In this document: positions 27,172 through 40,160 of the stretch, piece after piece
Layout: each line of letters begins with the position of its first letter
How positions within the stretch are numbered: position 1 is the first letter of the stretch
From: Bigelowiella natans CCMP2755
Lineage: Eukaryota > Protista > Cercozoa
DNA length: 64,000 bases
Assembly: GCA_000320545.1 (NCBI GenBank)
Contig: ADNK01000503.1
Location: 124,001 to 188,000 of the forward strand
Reading direction: 5' to 3'
Program-made: the position numbers and the translations under genes
The notes under the pieces: model-generated
Database searches by the model: none
Seen by the model: the letters and a program-made list of their open reading frames with translations, nothing else
Told to the model about the DNA's origin: nothing

Positions 27172-28970
27172 TAAATTGTAACTTTCCAGGCGGAAACACT
27201 GGTTCTACCTAAGCTGCATGGATTCGGCCTCGCGGTATTTGTGTAGCACGAGCGATGTATATGTCCAATTCTGCTGGGAGTGAAAGTTGGGTTATTATAA
27301 GTTATTTGGTCCAGAAACAGAATGATACGAGATTCCTTTATGTTCAATTAGATGAAAGAGGCCTTAAAGCTTGTGAAGACACCATATGTAATAAGACGAC
27401 ACGATTCACACAGCAGCAGCAGCATACAGTATGATACACATACCACTCGTAATTCGAATCTCATCTTTGGATATCAACAATAATGTTTGATTCCTTGTAC
27501 TTCTGTAAGGTTTTTGTCGCACAGCATGATAGATGCTTTTCAACGAAGGCAACAGGGCTTGACACCCTTGTCCAGGTTTAAGTCGTCAAATATGTCTAGC
27601 AGCATGATTAGCAGCAGTAGCAGCAGAGGACAGTAGTAATTCTGTTGTGGTAGGGAAGTCTTCTGATAGTAATAAGAATGATGATAATGGTGCTGATGAC
27701 AACAATTTTATGTTCTTTCTCTTCTTCCTCTCCGCCGCTCTCGGTTGAAGTCGTGATTATCGGCCCTCCATATTTTTTTGATTATTCCTTTTATTAAAAA
27801 GAAATAAACTATAATAATACTGTTGCCATCCCAAACGAACACGAAATTATGAATGGATTAGCTGCTTGAGAAAGAGCCTCTTGTGCGCTACGTGGGATAT
27901 CTCACACACAGGTGATACAAATGTATCATCTATTCTGTTCTTGTCCTATTGAGGTGTATCTGCCTTTCTAGCTGGTGAAATCTTCAATATGTATTTCTGT
28001 CTTTGAGATTCCCTTACAGCAGCCACTATTGAAGTTCCATTTCTTTGTTAGTAGAAACATATAAATACAACTTTATGTCTTTTCTTCTCCATTTCATTAA
28101 CTCTTGTTTTCCTTCTTCTCTCTCCCTGCCTCTATCTATTATAAATACATATATTTATATAAATATATATATATACATATTTATAATTTGCATCGACCTA
28201 CCTCTTCGTGACAATAGACAGCTCAATTACGCGTCCCGGATGATGTCACAACACCAGTTAAAGGTGAATCCTGTTCGGAAGCAAGGTGATCATTTATTGA
28301 TGATGATGGTTTCCTTTGAATTGTCGTAGTTGTTTCATTCTTGTTATCTTTCAATATCGCTAAAGATGCTTTAAGCAGATGTGCGTGTGAGCTGAGCACG
28401 TCGATCATGCAACGATATACAAGTTCTAGATATCTTAAAGGCCTTCTTCTTCTTCTTCTTCTTCTTCTTCTTCTTCTTCTTGTTTCACTCAATAGGAGTT
28501 TTGCTAGCTCCTCTCATCCACTTTTTAGACTCAATGCACGTCGCCAGAGTATAGTAACAACAGCATATACAATCGTCATATAACACTATTCCCACAATGA
28601 TCAGATTCACGCATAAACGCGCACGCACGCACACACATCGATGCTATCTCTATAAGTTGTCGTGTTGGCTTGTTTGGAAGCCTAGACAAGGACATAATGA
28701 TGATGATGATGACGATGATGATAGAGCAAAGGAAAGTCAAATTGATTAGCCTTAATATCTAATCAGGTCTCATTTTGGAAGTAACGACTGATAGAATAGA
28801 AAAATAAGAAAAGGAAAAAACACGATGTCTTTTCCGTCGCCTCCGTTCAAAATCGTTGTTTGTCAATAAAAATAATATGTAAAATTTGGAGAAGTGAGGG
28901 AAGATTATGCTGGTAAGGTTTCGAAGATTCCTCTCGAGTGTGCTGGATCATCGCAAATGCGAGCGCGCGC

Positions 28971-29004
<34 letters not shown>

Positions 29005-29973
29005 CCGTGCCTAATGATCTGAGATGTTTTGATGATTTAAGGTATATGTTCGAGACGGGTACCATCAAAGTGCGATCTTTTCCAGAGGTATGTATGCATT
29101 CGGTGGTGTATGAATCAATCATGTGTGGAAGTAAGTAAGTAAGTAAGTAGCGCGTTTTGTTGTTGTCAGCTGTATCCTCATTTACACATCATCCATCGAT
29201 CGTCGCTGTTGCACTCTCGATCCCATTATCTTTCTATCATTCTATCATCATCATCATTATCATCATAATCAACAACGTTATCACTAGTTACCGTCGTCCA
29301 CTCATTTCCCCCTTCTTCTTCGTCTCACCCCTATTGTACACAACAAAGCATACGTTTGGAAACGTGCAGCGGTGGGACATCGTCAAAAATGGCTGGAAGG
29401 TTGGGAGACAAGAAACAAAGACAAAGACTGTGAAAGGGAGAGAAAGAGAGAGCTAGAGAGAGCTAGAGAGAGAAGGGGTGGGGGAGAGATTCATTACACC
29501 GAGATTCGTTATTGTGTAATGCAGGAGTAATAGTATTATACTCATGGAATAAAGTGCAATTTCACTAGTAGTTTTTCCGTTGATGTGTTTTTAAATGTTT
29601 GCATTCTTTTGAATCAATCTAGTAGTAGTAGCAGAAGTAGTAGGAGGAGGAGGAGGAGGAGGAGGAGAAGGAGTACCAGTAGGAGTAGGAATAGTAGCCC
29701 TCTCTGATTTTACCATTGCTTTTTACCTATCTGACTTAAGGCATTTGAGAAGTATGGAACATATTTACTATGGTATAGTGACCACCGTAGCAACCACCAT
29801 CACCATCACCACATCAAAGCACCACCGCCAGCAGCATTCCCTTGTGATGTATCTCGCAGCTCTCCTGCTGTGTTTCATTTACCATAGAAAAGGCGAGAAT
29901 GTCAGGAACATGTTACATTATATCCCATAGTAAGCACAAAGAAGAAGAAGAGGATGATGAAGAAGAGCAGCTG

Positions 29974-30011
<38 letters not shown>

Positions 30012-30149
30012 GAGAACTAACAATAAGTTTATGACAGGGATGCGAATGTTTGCGTCAAGCACATTAATGGGAGGACTTTTCTAGACACGGTACAGCATCT
30101 TGAATACGCAACAATAAATGCATCAACTATCATAGTGAAATAAGTTTTA

Positions 30150-30229
<80 letters not shown>

Positions 30230-30397
30230 GATATCTCTGTATGTTCAGGTTCAGAGACAAAGGCGTGGGTTCCCAGCTCTAGGGGTAATATACATTTCGT
30301 CGCCATTTCTTACTCATCACAAGTATCACACCACAATCAGCCCTTTGCAGAACTTGAGGATAAACTGAAGGAGCACGATAAACTCTCGGTAATATGA
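25963..30397 (+). CDS. Uncharacterised GT-A-fold glycosyltransferase-like protein (multi-exon)
   Basis: Exons give VTLIMATSPVKSNPST, KIIVCDGY, DYKEYIRRV, LPKLHGFGLA-MKEALKLVKTPY-VFVAQHDR (beta strand plus DxD-like motif), VRYVG, RSFPE-HTFG, KYGTYLLW and VKHINGR. The layout resembles GT2-like nucleotide-sugar-binding domains. Confidence 0.65.
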
Positions 30398-30768
30398 TTT
30401 CACATCGTCGCACGTTTGTGCAGGAATTTTACGATTTTTTGAAATAGCGTTCTGTGATGCACACCGAGGGCGGCAAGGGGGAGATGCCAAAGGACAAAGA
30501 GACCCACCAGACATCGAACGAGGACAATGGCACTGTAATGGACGACGAGAGATGATGAACCATAGCATTCTGACACACTGATGAGTCATGCATGTCAGAA
30601 GAGAGCCGAAGAGCATGTCTACAGCATATGTACACAGCATATGTACATGCATATCACTGTGAGATACATGCTGCCGACTAAGCAAGAGAAAATGCGGTTC
30701 GATCGTTGGCATTTAGTAGTAGGAAATTGCGGGAACCAAACCCGCTTTGGGCGAGCTTATCCACAGTC

Positions 30769-30819
30769 CAATGTGACACACAATGTACGCGTGGTTCTCG
30801 TGCACATTGTGTCACATTG
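30769..30819. repeat. Imperfect inverted repeat (hairpin)
   Basis: caatgtgacacacaatgt ... acattgtgtcacattg; the arms are reverse complements apart from a 2-nt bulge. Confidence 0.8.
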
Positions 30820-31258
30820 CAAAACAAAAATCAGGCATCTATGAGGATGAGGCTTCAAGCCGAAATGCATGCAAATGAAGGTACATATTTGCATATTGCG
30901 CGACTCAGATATCTGATCGAAAGCTGCACCAGTCGCATCTAGCCATGCGCGCTAAAGCTACATGCATTTGCATGCTGACAAATTTGTTGACTCAGTGCTG
31001 CTAATAATAAATAAACTGTGAAGCGCTGGTGGTGGCACGTGACATCGCCTATATTGCCATCATTTGCTTATAAATCAATGGTGAATATATGACTAATATG
31101 CGGGCAGACCTTCGCATATTCACAATATGTACCACAGTCACAGTATATTACTGATTATATAATTAAACGTAATGTCTATCGCTCTTTTGTTTCTCACGAA
31201 CATTTGTATGTCCTATTCGATGTGATTTTACAATGCGTTTAAGCTTTGCTGCTGCCTG

Positions 31259-32575
31259 CTAGATGCTGTGGCCGTTAAGCTCTTTCTCCTCAGACTCAGG
31301 TCCGGCATCGAGCCAAGCTTTGCTTTCCGTGATTGAAAAACGTCGGGAACCTTCATTGTTGACTCCTGCGACACCATTGATGCAGTGGTTATTAAAGACT
31401 GTTTTCGTGAGCGTTATTGATAGGGTGAAGAAAACAAATCCAATTGCCACTCCAACAAGTATTGGAATCGTTTGAATGTTACTGCTCTCATCCTCGTCCC
31501 CAGCTTTCTTCTTCGACGAGATGCATGCCAAATCGGGGCCGCAAAATCCAGAGATTTCCCTAACATCGCATTCGAAGTCGCTTCGTCGAAGATTTTCTGG
31601 GGTGCATGTATTCTCAGCATTTTGGTAATAATAGAATCCATAAGGGTCTGAGCATCTCTGGCTTGCAGAACACCAACCGCAGTAGATACGAGGGTATATC
31701 TCACCTCCTCGCTGTACACAGGAGCTGCAGTTACTGACTCCTTCGCTACATCCCAACAACGCCTTCATCACGATCGTTCTGTCGAGGCTCAATGCAGAAA
31801 ATGGTATAGTCACCCTCCCATACCGTCTAACGTGTCTGCCATCAGATGAAACAGAAGCATCCTCTACTCCAACATAGAGCGGGAAATAAAACCTTCTACC
31901 ACGCGAAGATAGGTACTGGTTTGCTGGATTATAGTCTAGCCTGTGGTAATTGAAGTGTATCTCCCCATCATCGTACAATGTCAACTGGAAGGAAAGTGGA
32001 GACATTGTTGATTTGCGGTACAGCGTTACATTTTGCCATACAACAGATAGGTATCTTTTAGTCCCTGTCGTTCCAATGTTGTAGAGAACTCTCTCAGTGC
32101 TGCTAGAGCTCGGGTCTATATCTGTCATTAGCGGTGCTATAATACGCGGATATCGTAGCGCCGTGTTCCGTGACCACAAGCAGAATCCGCTCCTCCGGCA
32201 CGCCCATCCAGGTGCGAACGTGACGAAGCCATTCGAGTCAATATAAACCACAGATTCGCCATGGCCATAAAATGGGAAGGTAAATCCCAAGTTCACCCTC
32301 TCCCTTGGAGGCCCATCGTCAACATTAGAAGCAATACTAACTGTCCAATTATCGTCCACGAGGGGAATATTAATCCCAGGAGGCACAGACTTGATAGCGT
32401 AATGACTCTGATTTACAGAGAAATCCGACGAAAGAAGCTCGACGACGGAGCCATGCGCTCCTTCGAGATCATCCGTGCCAACGAACTCCTCCGCAGCTAG
32501 TTCATAAATAAACTTCGCGTTTGTTGCTCTCCACGGCAGACCGATTACAATGAGCAGTAGAGAGGTATGAATCAT
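31259..32575 (-). CDS. PLXDC/TEM7-like type I membrane protein (NIDO-like + PSI domain), intronless
   Basis: 438-aa ORF: signal-like MIHTSLLLIVIGLPWRATNA; VNLGFTFPFYGH..VYIDSNGFV, IAPLMTDIDPS, VVWQNV and FQLTLYDDGEIHFNY; PSI-type CSSCV...CGWCSASQRCSD; TM IPILVGVAIGFVFFTLSITL. Confidence 0.85.
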   Translation of the reverse strand: MIHTSLLLIVIGLPWRATNAKFIYELAAEEFVGTDDLEGAHGSVVELLSSDFSVNQSHYAIKSVPPGINIPLVDDNWTVSIASNVDDGPPRERVNLGFTFPFYGHGESVVYIDSNGFVTFAPGWACRRSGFCLWSRNTALRYPRIIAPLMTDIDPSSSSTERVLYNIGTTGTKRYLSVVWQNVTLYRKSTMSPLSFQLTLYDDGEIHFNYHRLDYNPANQYLSSRGRRFYFPLYVGVEDASVSSDGRHVRRYGRVTIPFSALSLDRTIVMKALLGCSEGVSNCSSCVQRGGEIYPRIYCGWCSASQRCSDPYGFYYYQNAENTCTPENLRRSDFECDVREISGFCGPDLACISSKKKAGDEDESSNIQTIPILVGVAIGFVFFTLSITLTKTVFNNHCINGVAGVNNEGSRRFSITESKAWLDAGPESEEKELNGHSI

Positions 32576-32937
32576 TTATACGCGTGTTCTTCTTCCTGGC
32601 AGCCATCCATCCAATCTTCTGTGTGTGTTCACGTGGGAGGTGTCGATCAGACCCAAGTTTGTTCAGCTGTTGCCGAACATACCCTTTATTTTTATAGCGA
32701 CAATAAAAATATCTTGTCGTCATATCAAAATGAAATGCATACCTTTCTATGTATTCGAAGATTTGGCGTAGTAGTATCTTTTTCGGCTGCTTCATCAATC
32801 TCCTCGTCATCATCATCATCGGCCATAGGACACGCACAGCAAGCGTATTCGTCGTGGAGGAGGAGGCAGCAGCAGCAGCAGCAAATCGATCTGCTTTTTA
32901 AAAAAGGAAGAAGGAGGAGGAGGAGGCCCCTATTTCA

Positions 32938-35483
32938 ATGGCGGAATCCTCAGACAGAAAGGAGCCAGCCACCGTCGACGATAACGCCAAAGCAGCTTTC
33001 CGTGATTACTTCCGAACGCGAAGCATTCCAATTGGTGACGAACGACGAGCACCCAAGTCACAGGAGGAGGCTCCGGGTGTATTTTCCAGTCGATGTAAAA
33101 ATGTGTATGAAGAGCTGCAGTACGACCTTCCATCATCCCTAAAGACCGCTGAGCTTGAAGCTCTAGCTATTTACTTTTGGTCTCACATTGCTAAAGAGAA
33201 GCTGCCCCCTCTCCCGTCGCCAATCACGAAATCCTTAGTGTCTAATGCAGCCGAGTGTGCAATCAAGCATTGTCCATCATCATCATCATCATCACGCAAG
33301 GGGTCAACACTTGCCGAATCAGAAGCAGCCCCTAAACTTGTTCCTCTCGAGTTTAGTCTTCTAATTGGTGTACCCTTGGTCGTTCTGAATCCCAATACAG
33401 AAATATCAACCAGTTTTGAGTTCTTGAAACTCATTGGCGAGTCGAAATTCGCACCTGAATTAGCAGCAAATGCAAGTAAAACGAGCAGCTCCTTGGAAAC
33501 CAAAGAAATGGCCGGGACATCCTCCGACGTTTTGGAAGAAGAAAAGGCAGAAACGGTTGTTACGATTGCGGACCCTGACACTGATGAATTTGTTTATGAA
33601 GAAGATCCCCCTTCTTCCGATGAAGGTACACCGTGACTAAATTTTTCCAATATACATATCGCCTACCCCTTTACTTCATTGTAAGTGCCTTATATGAATA
33701 CACACACACACACACACACACACATGTATAAATTGCAGAAGAAGAGTATGGAGCTGCACATCTCGAATCAAAGGCACAAGAGAGTGCCTCTAAAATATCC
33801 AGTGGAGAAATGTGGACCTCTGTCACGAGCGCCTTGGTATATTTGGCGTCATGGTGGGAATCGAAGCATTTCATAGCCGATGGTACATCCATATGGAGTG
33901 ATAACAAAAACTCTCCTCTTGCTTTTAGAGTTATCAAGCAACTCATCGAACGAATCGAAAGAAGCAGAAATATGGACGTATCATTAAAAAAGCACTTACT
34001 CTCGGCTGCCCGTAACCTTGCATTTGACCTGCTGGAGAATCGACCCTGTTTGATACCATCAGCGTTGGACCTGTTCTTGAATGGAATCCTTCCCGTCGGA
34101 GCACACAATTCTCGAAGCAATCCGCAGCATCTGAGTACCACCACCAGTGGCAGCAGGGAAGTGTCCAATCAGTGTAAAAGCATTTCGCGGCTTTGTGCTC
34201 GAGCCACCGCAAGTATTATTAGCCCGACTGGCTGCATCATCAAAGGTGCACAAACGAGCAGTAGTCGTATCAATACCACCAGCACCACCAGCAGTAGGCC
34301 TGTATGGGAGGGATTCAACTCACAAGCTTACCATTGCATTTGGAGCGCTGCTGCAGGAACCTCTACAGTTAAGCAGATATCATCAGTTCTAGAAGAATGG
34401 GGAAACCTGCCTCCTTACGATTCCTCCAGTCTTCTCGATGTATCTACAATTTGCTGTTTCCTTTTGACCCCAACTCCTTGGCATAGCCTTGCTTCACGTA
34501 ATAAGATAGACAAATTATTGTTCAAAGATGGGATCCTTCAGAGGCTCTCCGCATTTTGTGCAACCTTTGGATCTTACCGAATTGCTGAAAAAAATAGTGA
34601 AAACGAAAAGCTGGAGACCAAGGATTCGTTGTCATCAACGACTGCAGCAGCTATTGGAAGAATACGATGGGCCCTTTTAGTGGCCTGTGGGCACTCGAAA
34701 AAAGTCGCAGATTTTGTTGCAGAAGTTCCAGGACTGAAACAGACGCTTTTATCAACTCCTTTGAACCTTCAATCAAAATCAGCATCACCCCTATCATTGT
34801 ACCGTGCAGAGATCATTCTTTGGTCCATGATTTTCGATATCCAAGATAATTATAATCAGATATCGGAAAAAGCAAACGATAGAGAGACGAAAAAAAAAAA
34901 CATCAAGATGTCTCGAAAAGCACTATTGAGGTCTTTCCCTTCGGCGAGAAAGTCTCGTATGAAAAGTGAGACAACGGCGATAACGGCAACTAGCAAAAAT
35001 TCTACCGGGCCCAGAATCATCATCATCGGATGGAAACAGGCCTTGAAAGATCTTCTCAAAGCAGTGGAGTCTGAGCTTGACTTTAAGGAGGAAGGGGCTG
35101 GGAATATAGATGATGCTGCATCGTCTGAAAGCAGCACGAAATACGAGAAGAAATTTGCTATAAAATTTCAAAACAGCATCTTGTTGCAGCAATTGCTCAA
35201 GGGGCTCAACTGGACAGGGATGAAAAGCCATAAAAATGGACAAATATTTAGAGAATATTTAAAAAATATGCGCAACTTTGTGCGAAAAATCTTAATCAAG
35301 TTCCGCTCTTTCATGAAAGAAAACAAAGGCAGGGAAAAGGAAGAGAATATCAATTTGAAGAAAGGTTTGATCGACAGACCGCGACCATCTGCATACTATG
35401 TGGCAGCTATAAAATTTCTAATGCTACTTGATGCACAACTCAAGGAAGTGGAAACTGGACCAGCTGCTGGAAAATCGGATTGA
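32938..35483 (+). CDS. Hypothetical protein, ~810 aa, two exons
   Basis: Exon 1 (32938-33625) and exon 2 (33739-35483) join in frame across a GT-AG intron containing (CA)n. No family recognised. Confidence 0.8.
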
Positions 35484-36034
35484 TGACTGCCAGCAGCGGC
35501 AGCAGTTTTGCACGCATCTAGAAATGTCAAAGGGTTGACCACCAAGTGTGCTATGCAGTGACATGCATGCATCTGATCTAGCTGAAATGTGCATTGCGAC
35601 ACACAAATGTAGACGCACGCAAGCTGTCGCATGTGTTAGAAATGTCACACATCTAGACATGCGCAACTGTGACACAACCTAGCAACCTAGACAACTCTAG
35701 AGGGTCTGCACACAATTCTACATTCATTCGCGCCATGAACTTGCATGGACAGCTGTCTAGCTGTGGAGATGGCTTGACAACACGCAGCAGACTTCACGTT
35801 CTAGCGTTGTTTGGTGCGCAGCACACCCACCAGACCCACACCACCCCAACGATGGGCCACTCTAGCACTGTGCAATTCTAGAATTGCTGATCATGCAGAC
35901 ATTGCACTTTGCGGTGAGCGTCTGACTGTCATTGTCACAGTCATGCGGCCGCGCGCGGTGTCTGTCGGCTGCACGCGGTGTCTGTCGGCTTGACGAGCAC
36001 ACCAGCACATCGATGAGCCATGCAATCTGAGCAA

Positions 36035-36081
<47 letters not shown>

Positions 36082-36676
36082 TGCACCTAGCTAGCTAGAC
36101 ACCCACAGCTAGACAGCTAGCCAGAAGCTCATGGTGTGATGAAGAGTGCACGTCGTGTCGGGGTCAAGCTGGCAAGATCGGGGCGAGATTGCTGTGTTGT
36201 TGCTGCAGCACGAAAGCGAGGAAACTGTGCACTCATCCAGACAGGCTAGCAGGGCTGGAGGGGGGGCTAGGGGGGGAGAAACCTCCCCTTCAATTTTCCA
36301 GTTTCTTGGGATCGAACGTGATCACTTGGACCAGAGGAGCACTCCCACTTTGCACTCAAATCATCAGGGTTTGCTAGTTTGACGACTTTCCAAAGAAATG
36401 TTCGCATTCTCGGAAGCCCAATGATCATTGCGCATGTCACTGCTAAACATGCCAGACTGGAACACGAGCTGCATGCAGACAGCGGACAAAAATGATGTTT
36501 GTGCTGCTGTTTTGTGCTTGCTGGCAGCTGTTTTTGTGGTGAAAGACACAGTTTTTGTCCATGTCGCAGAGGACAAATCAGGTGCGTTTTACCACCTCCT
36601 CCCTTGTTGCATTTGTGGTCTGTGTTGGTATTCGGATGAGATGGGTTTCAGATTCATGAGCCCTACCAATTGCAGA

Positions 36677-36865
36677 ATGCATGGGCTTTCTGTTTCCATC
36701 TTGATTTGCGAGTTGTTAATCGTTGAAGGAGCCTGGGGAGTGAGGAGCAGAAGTGGAAGCAGTCATCAACACAGTGGTCATCACTTGTTGCTGCAGGTCT
36801 CACCATCGAATGTAACTTTGAACGTGAGTTTCCCAGAAACTCTTTTCTCTTTCCCCCCGTCCCCA

Positions 36866-36903
<38 letters not shown>

Positions 36904-38899
36904 GCTTCTCTCTTCAATCTATTTGCTACTACGATATCAGGAGACCCATGCCGATGTAGCATCTGTAGCTCATACACCCAAGATACCTTCGAATCTGCAC
37001 AAAATTCAGGCTCTTCAGGAACAAAGTATTCATATTAATAAGATTGCAGGAAACGAATATTATCAGAGTGAAGACTCTGAAGCAGTCGAAGCAAATTTCT
37101 GGACTCGAATAATGATCGGGACTGCTGGAATTACTGGTATTCATACTATGCTGCCTGAATGTATTGCATGGCTTATTCCATGGATGCTTGTACCTGTTAT
37201 TAGCGTGGTTGACTGGATTGGGATTCTATTACTATAATAATGTAACGAAGACACCAGTATCATTGTCCCACGTGAAAGGCCAGAGCAATCTCGAAGCAAT
37301 TACCAACTTCGCTAACATGTACACTGGTATAGGCTTTTGGGGTCTACCTTACTCGGTAATATCCACATTGAATTAAATCCTGTCCACCAAGCATCGCATC
37401 ATTACATATGAGCGCTCTTTAATGATGCTTCTGCCACCACTCACAACAGGTATATTTGGGAGGGTTCATATCTTTGCCACTATTACTTTTGTTGTGCTTT
37501 CTATGCTACCTAAGTCTCCAAGAACTTATCAAAATTCAACGAAGGTACTGCAGCTGTAGTGATGATAATGATAATGTCGTTATCCGCCGGCATCAGTAGA
37601 TAAGTAGCTTTAAGAATGAGTAAATACATTTGTTATCCTCTTCACAACAGGAATGCACCGATTCGTCGCTTCACCAGTAGGAGTTCTGTGGTAGGATTCA
37701 GCAACAATATTGATGATTCCCCTGCTACTGCATACGACTCCCAAGAAGATTGCGGAACGGAGGAGGAAGAGGAGGACGAATTCGACGATAATGACGGCGA
37801 AGACTACGACGACAACGGTCGGTTCGATATTCATCAAAATGTTCTCACTCAAAATAAATGCAAGCATCCAAACGCTCAAAATAAAGAGCACACGATCAAT
37901 ACTGGAGACTCTACTTATCCTTCATTTTTACTACATTTATTTATTATACGCATGTTAATGTGTTCATCAGCTCTCTCTGGTGGCATAAACTACAGCAACA
38001 ATACTACTACTACATTGTTTGCCCTTCCGTCGTCCATGACTGCAGAGAGGATGACAGTCGAGGGAGGAAGCGATGACCAGAAAGTTGATGCCCGTGACAC
38101 ACGTGATGCTTTTTCTTCGGCATCGTCACCCGGATCGAAAACAAGGCACCCACATGATGAGGAAGAGAAGATGGAACGTAGAGAAGCTCCCGATATGATA
38201 AATTCGATTCCTCTCCCTACTTCCAAGAAATTGGAACTCGAGGGCTATTTAGATATTGTACAGTGCAAATGGGGATTTAAAGGCAAATTAGTTAGCTCGC
38301 TCTTAGTAGCAGCTGAATACTTCGGCATTATAATTCTACTACTCTTAACTATGTGGGACATCACATCACGTGTTTACGGAGGTATGTGCTAAACGTATCT
38401 ATGTATGACTTCAAAATTATTTGACTACCATGCTGAAATCCATTCCTAACTACTACTCAGTCAAAGCCGGGGTTGCAGTTGCCCTAAATTCGGTATGTAC
38501 AGTAACAAACATAAATGCCATAAATAAAATTTATGCTGAGACATTACGACAATCTATCTTTTGTAGGCAATGCTCTTTCCTTTCCTGTTCAAGGCAGACT
38601 GGATTAGTTTGGCCAACATAAATGCTGCATCGGTCATAGTGCTCTTTGTGAGCATTGCATCGCTATTGGCGTTTGTGATTTCAAATACGGAGGCATGGAC
38701 TCGACTTGCGCCTGATACTACTCAAGGTTGGACAACATTCTTAATCATCTCATAAATTCCTTAACATGTATGATCTCACAGGTGGAGGACAAATTCCAAG
38801 TGGCTCAAATTTCATGTTGTGTATTGGATTGCAAATGACAAGTTTGGCAGGAGGAACCCCCTCTATTCCTAGTATCTACTCTCAGGTCTTCTGCCCGTT

Positions 38900-38939
<40 letters not shown>

Positions 38940-40160
38940 GAAACGTCGTCTGTCGACAGTAAACCCAAATGATCACTTTTTAATATCTTTTCACTTCAAC
39001 AGACTGAAAGAAAATCGGGATTTATGAAGGGTGTCTTGTTTCCTGCGATGCTAGTCTCAGCTACCACTCTGTTGTTTGGTGCATGGTTTGGATTCGCAGC
39101 CTTTGGAGATGATATAGAAGTCAGTCATCGATGACAGATACAGTAGTCTTCAGAGAGGAGAAGAGGAATTAAAGGGAAAAAATTAAAATGGAACAAAGTC
39201 ATCGATATTTTCTGCAATATTAACAAGAGCGAACAATATCATGGTGTTATGTAATCTTGTGTGTGTGATTTTTTCAGGGCTATGTTTGTCAATTATTCCA
39301 ATGTTTATCAGGTGATAGTAGTCGACAATGTCGTGGATGATAATAATTTTGGAGCCATAGCTGGTCTATTAGTATGGATTGCTTGTTTTGCTACCGCAAT
39401 TTCTTTCATCTCTCTTTCTGCAAAGGTTATTGTGAAGAATAACGTGTCCTACGACTTGATGTATATGTTTTAATACTCAATAGCCCGCTGATTTCTTGAC
39501 TTCATATATCATGCGTAGATCGTGACATCAACTTACCATGGCGATAATGTGGTTCCCAAACGACATGATATTCTGTGTCGTATGGTCGTCTTCTTCCTCC
39601 ATATCCTTGCATCATGGGTATTGAAATCATTTAGATTTGTATGACGATTAATGATGATAAAAGTTAATATACATTACTGTGGGAAAAATATGTTGAAGTT
39701 GACAATAAATTTAATTTATAAATGAAGAATGGACTTTCTTATGTTATTAGACGCTAATTGAAAATACCTACATGGTACTGGAAGTGACGGGCATCCTTTG
39801 TATGTCGACGAACGCTTTCATTGTTCCAAATATACTTTCGTTGCAAGAATTCTATAAAACCGATTCTTGGGCACAGAAGGTTTTCAAAAATTGTTGAGAA
39901 GTTACCAATGTGTATTAATGAGCCAATTTAAAATGAATGTGCAAGCATGCTTACGATCACATGTGAATACAATTACAACACAAATGCAAGTACGATACTA
40001 ATACAGGTCCGTCATTGCTACGTTACATCATAGCTTGTCTGACTTGATGCACTTCTGAGGCTGAGAATAATTATATACTTGTATTTAGGCCAGGAAAGGA
40101 TGCATAATTATTTCTACATGCGGAGCCATAGTTGCATATTTCACTTGCCTGTATGCGTAA
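36677..40160 (+). CDS. Amino acid/auxin permease (AAAP, Aa_trans) family transporter (multi-exon)
   Basis: SNLEAITNFANMYTGIGFWGLPYS-VYLGG (TM1 signature), GYLDIV...WGFKGKLV, WISLANINAAS, CIGLQMTSLAGGTPSIPSIYSQ, GAWFGFAAFGDDI and VLEVTGILCMSTNAFIVP. Both ends are predicted. Confidence 0.8.

Noticed and set aside
32502-32837. Upstream ORF as first exon of the PLXDC-like gene
   Set aside because: It is in a different frame with no plausible intron, and the main ORF already starts with a signal-like peptide.
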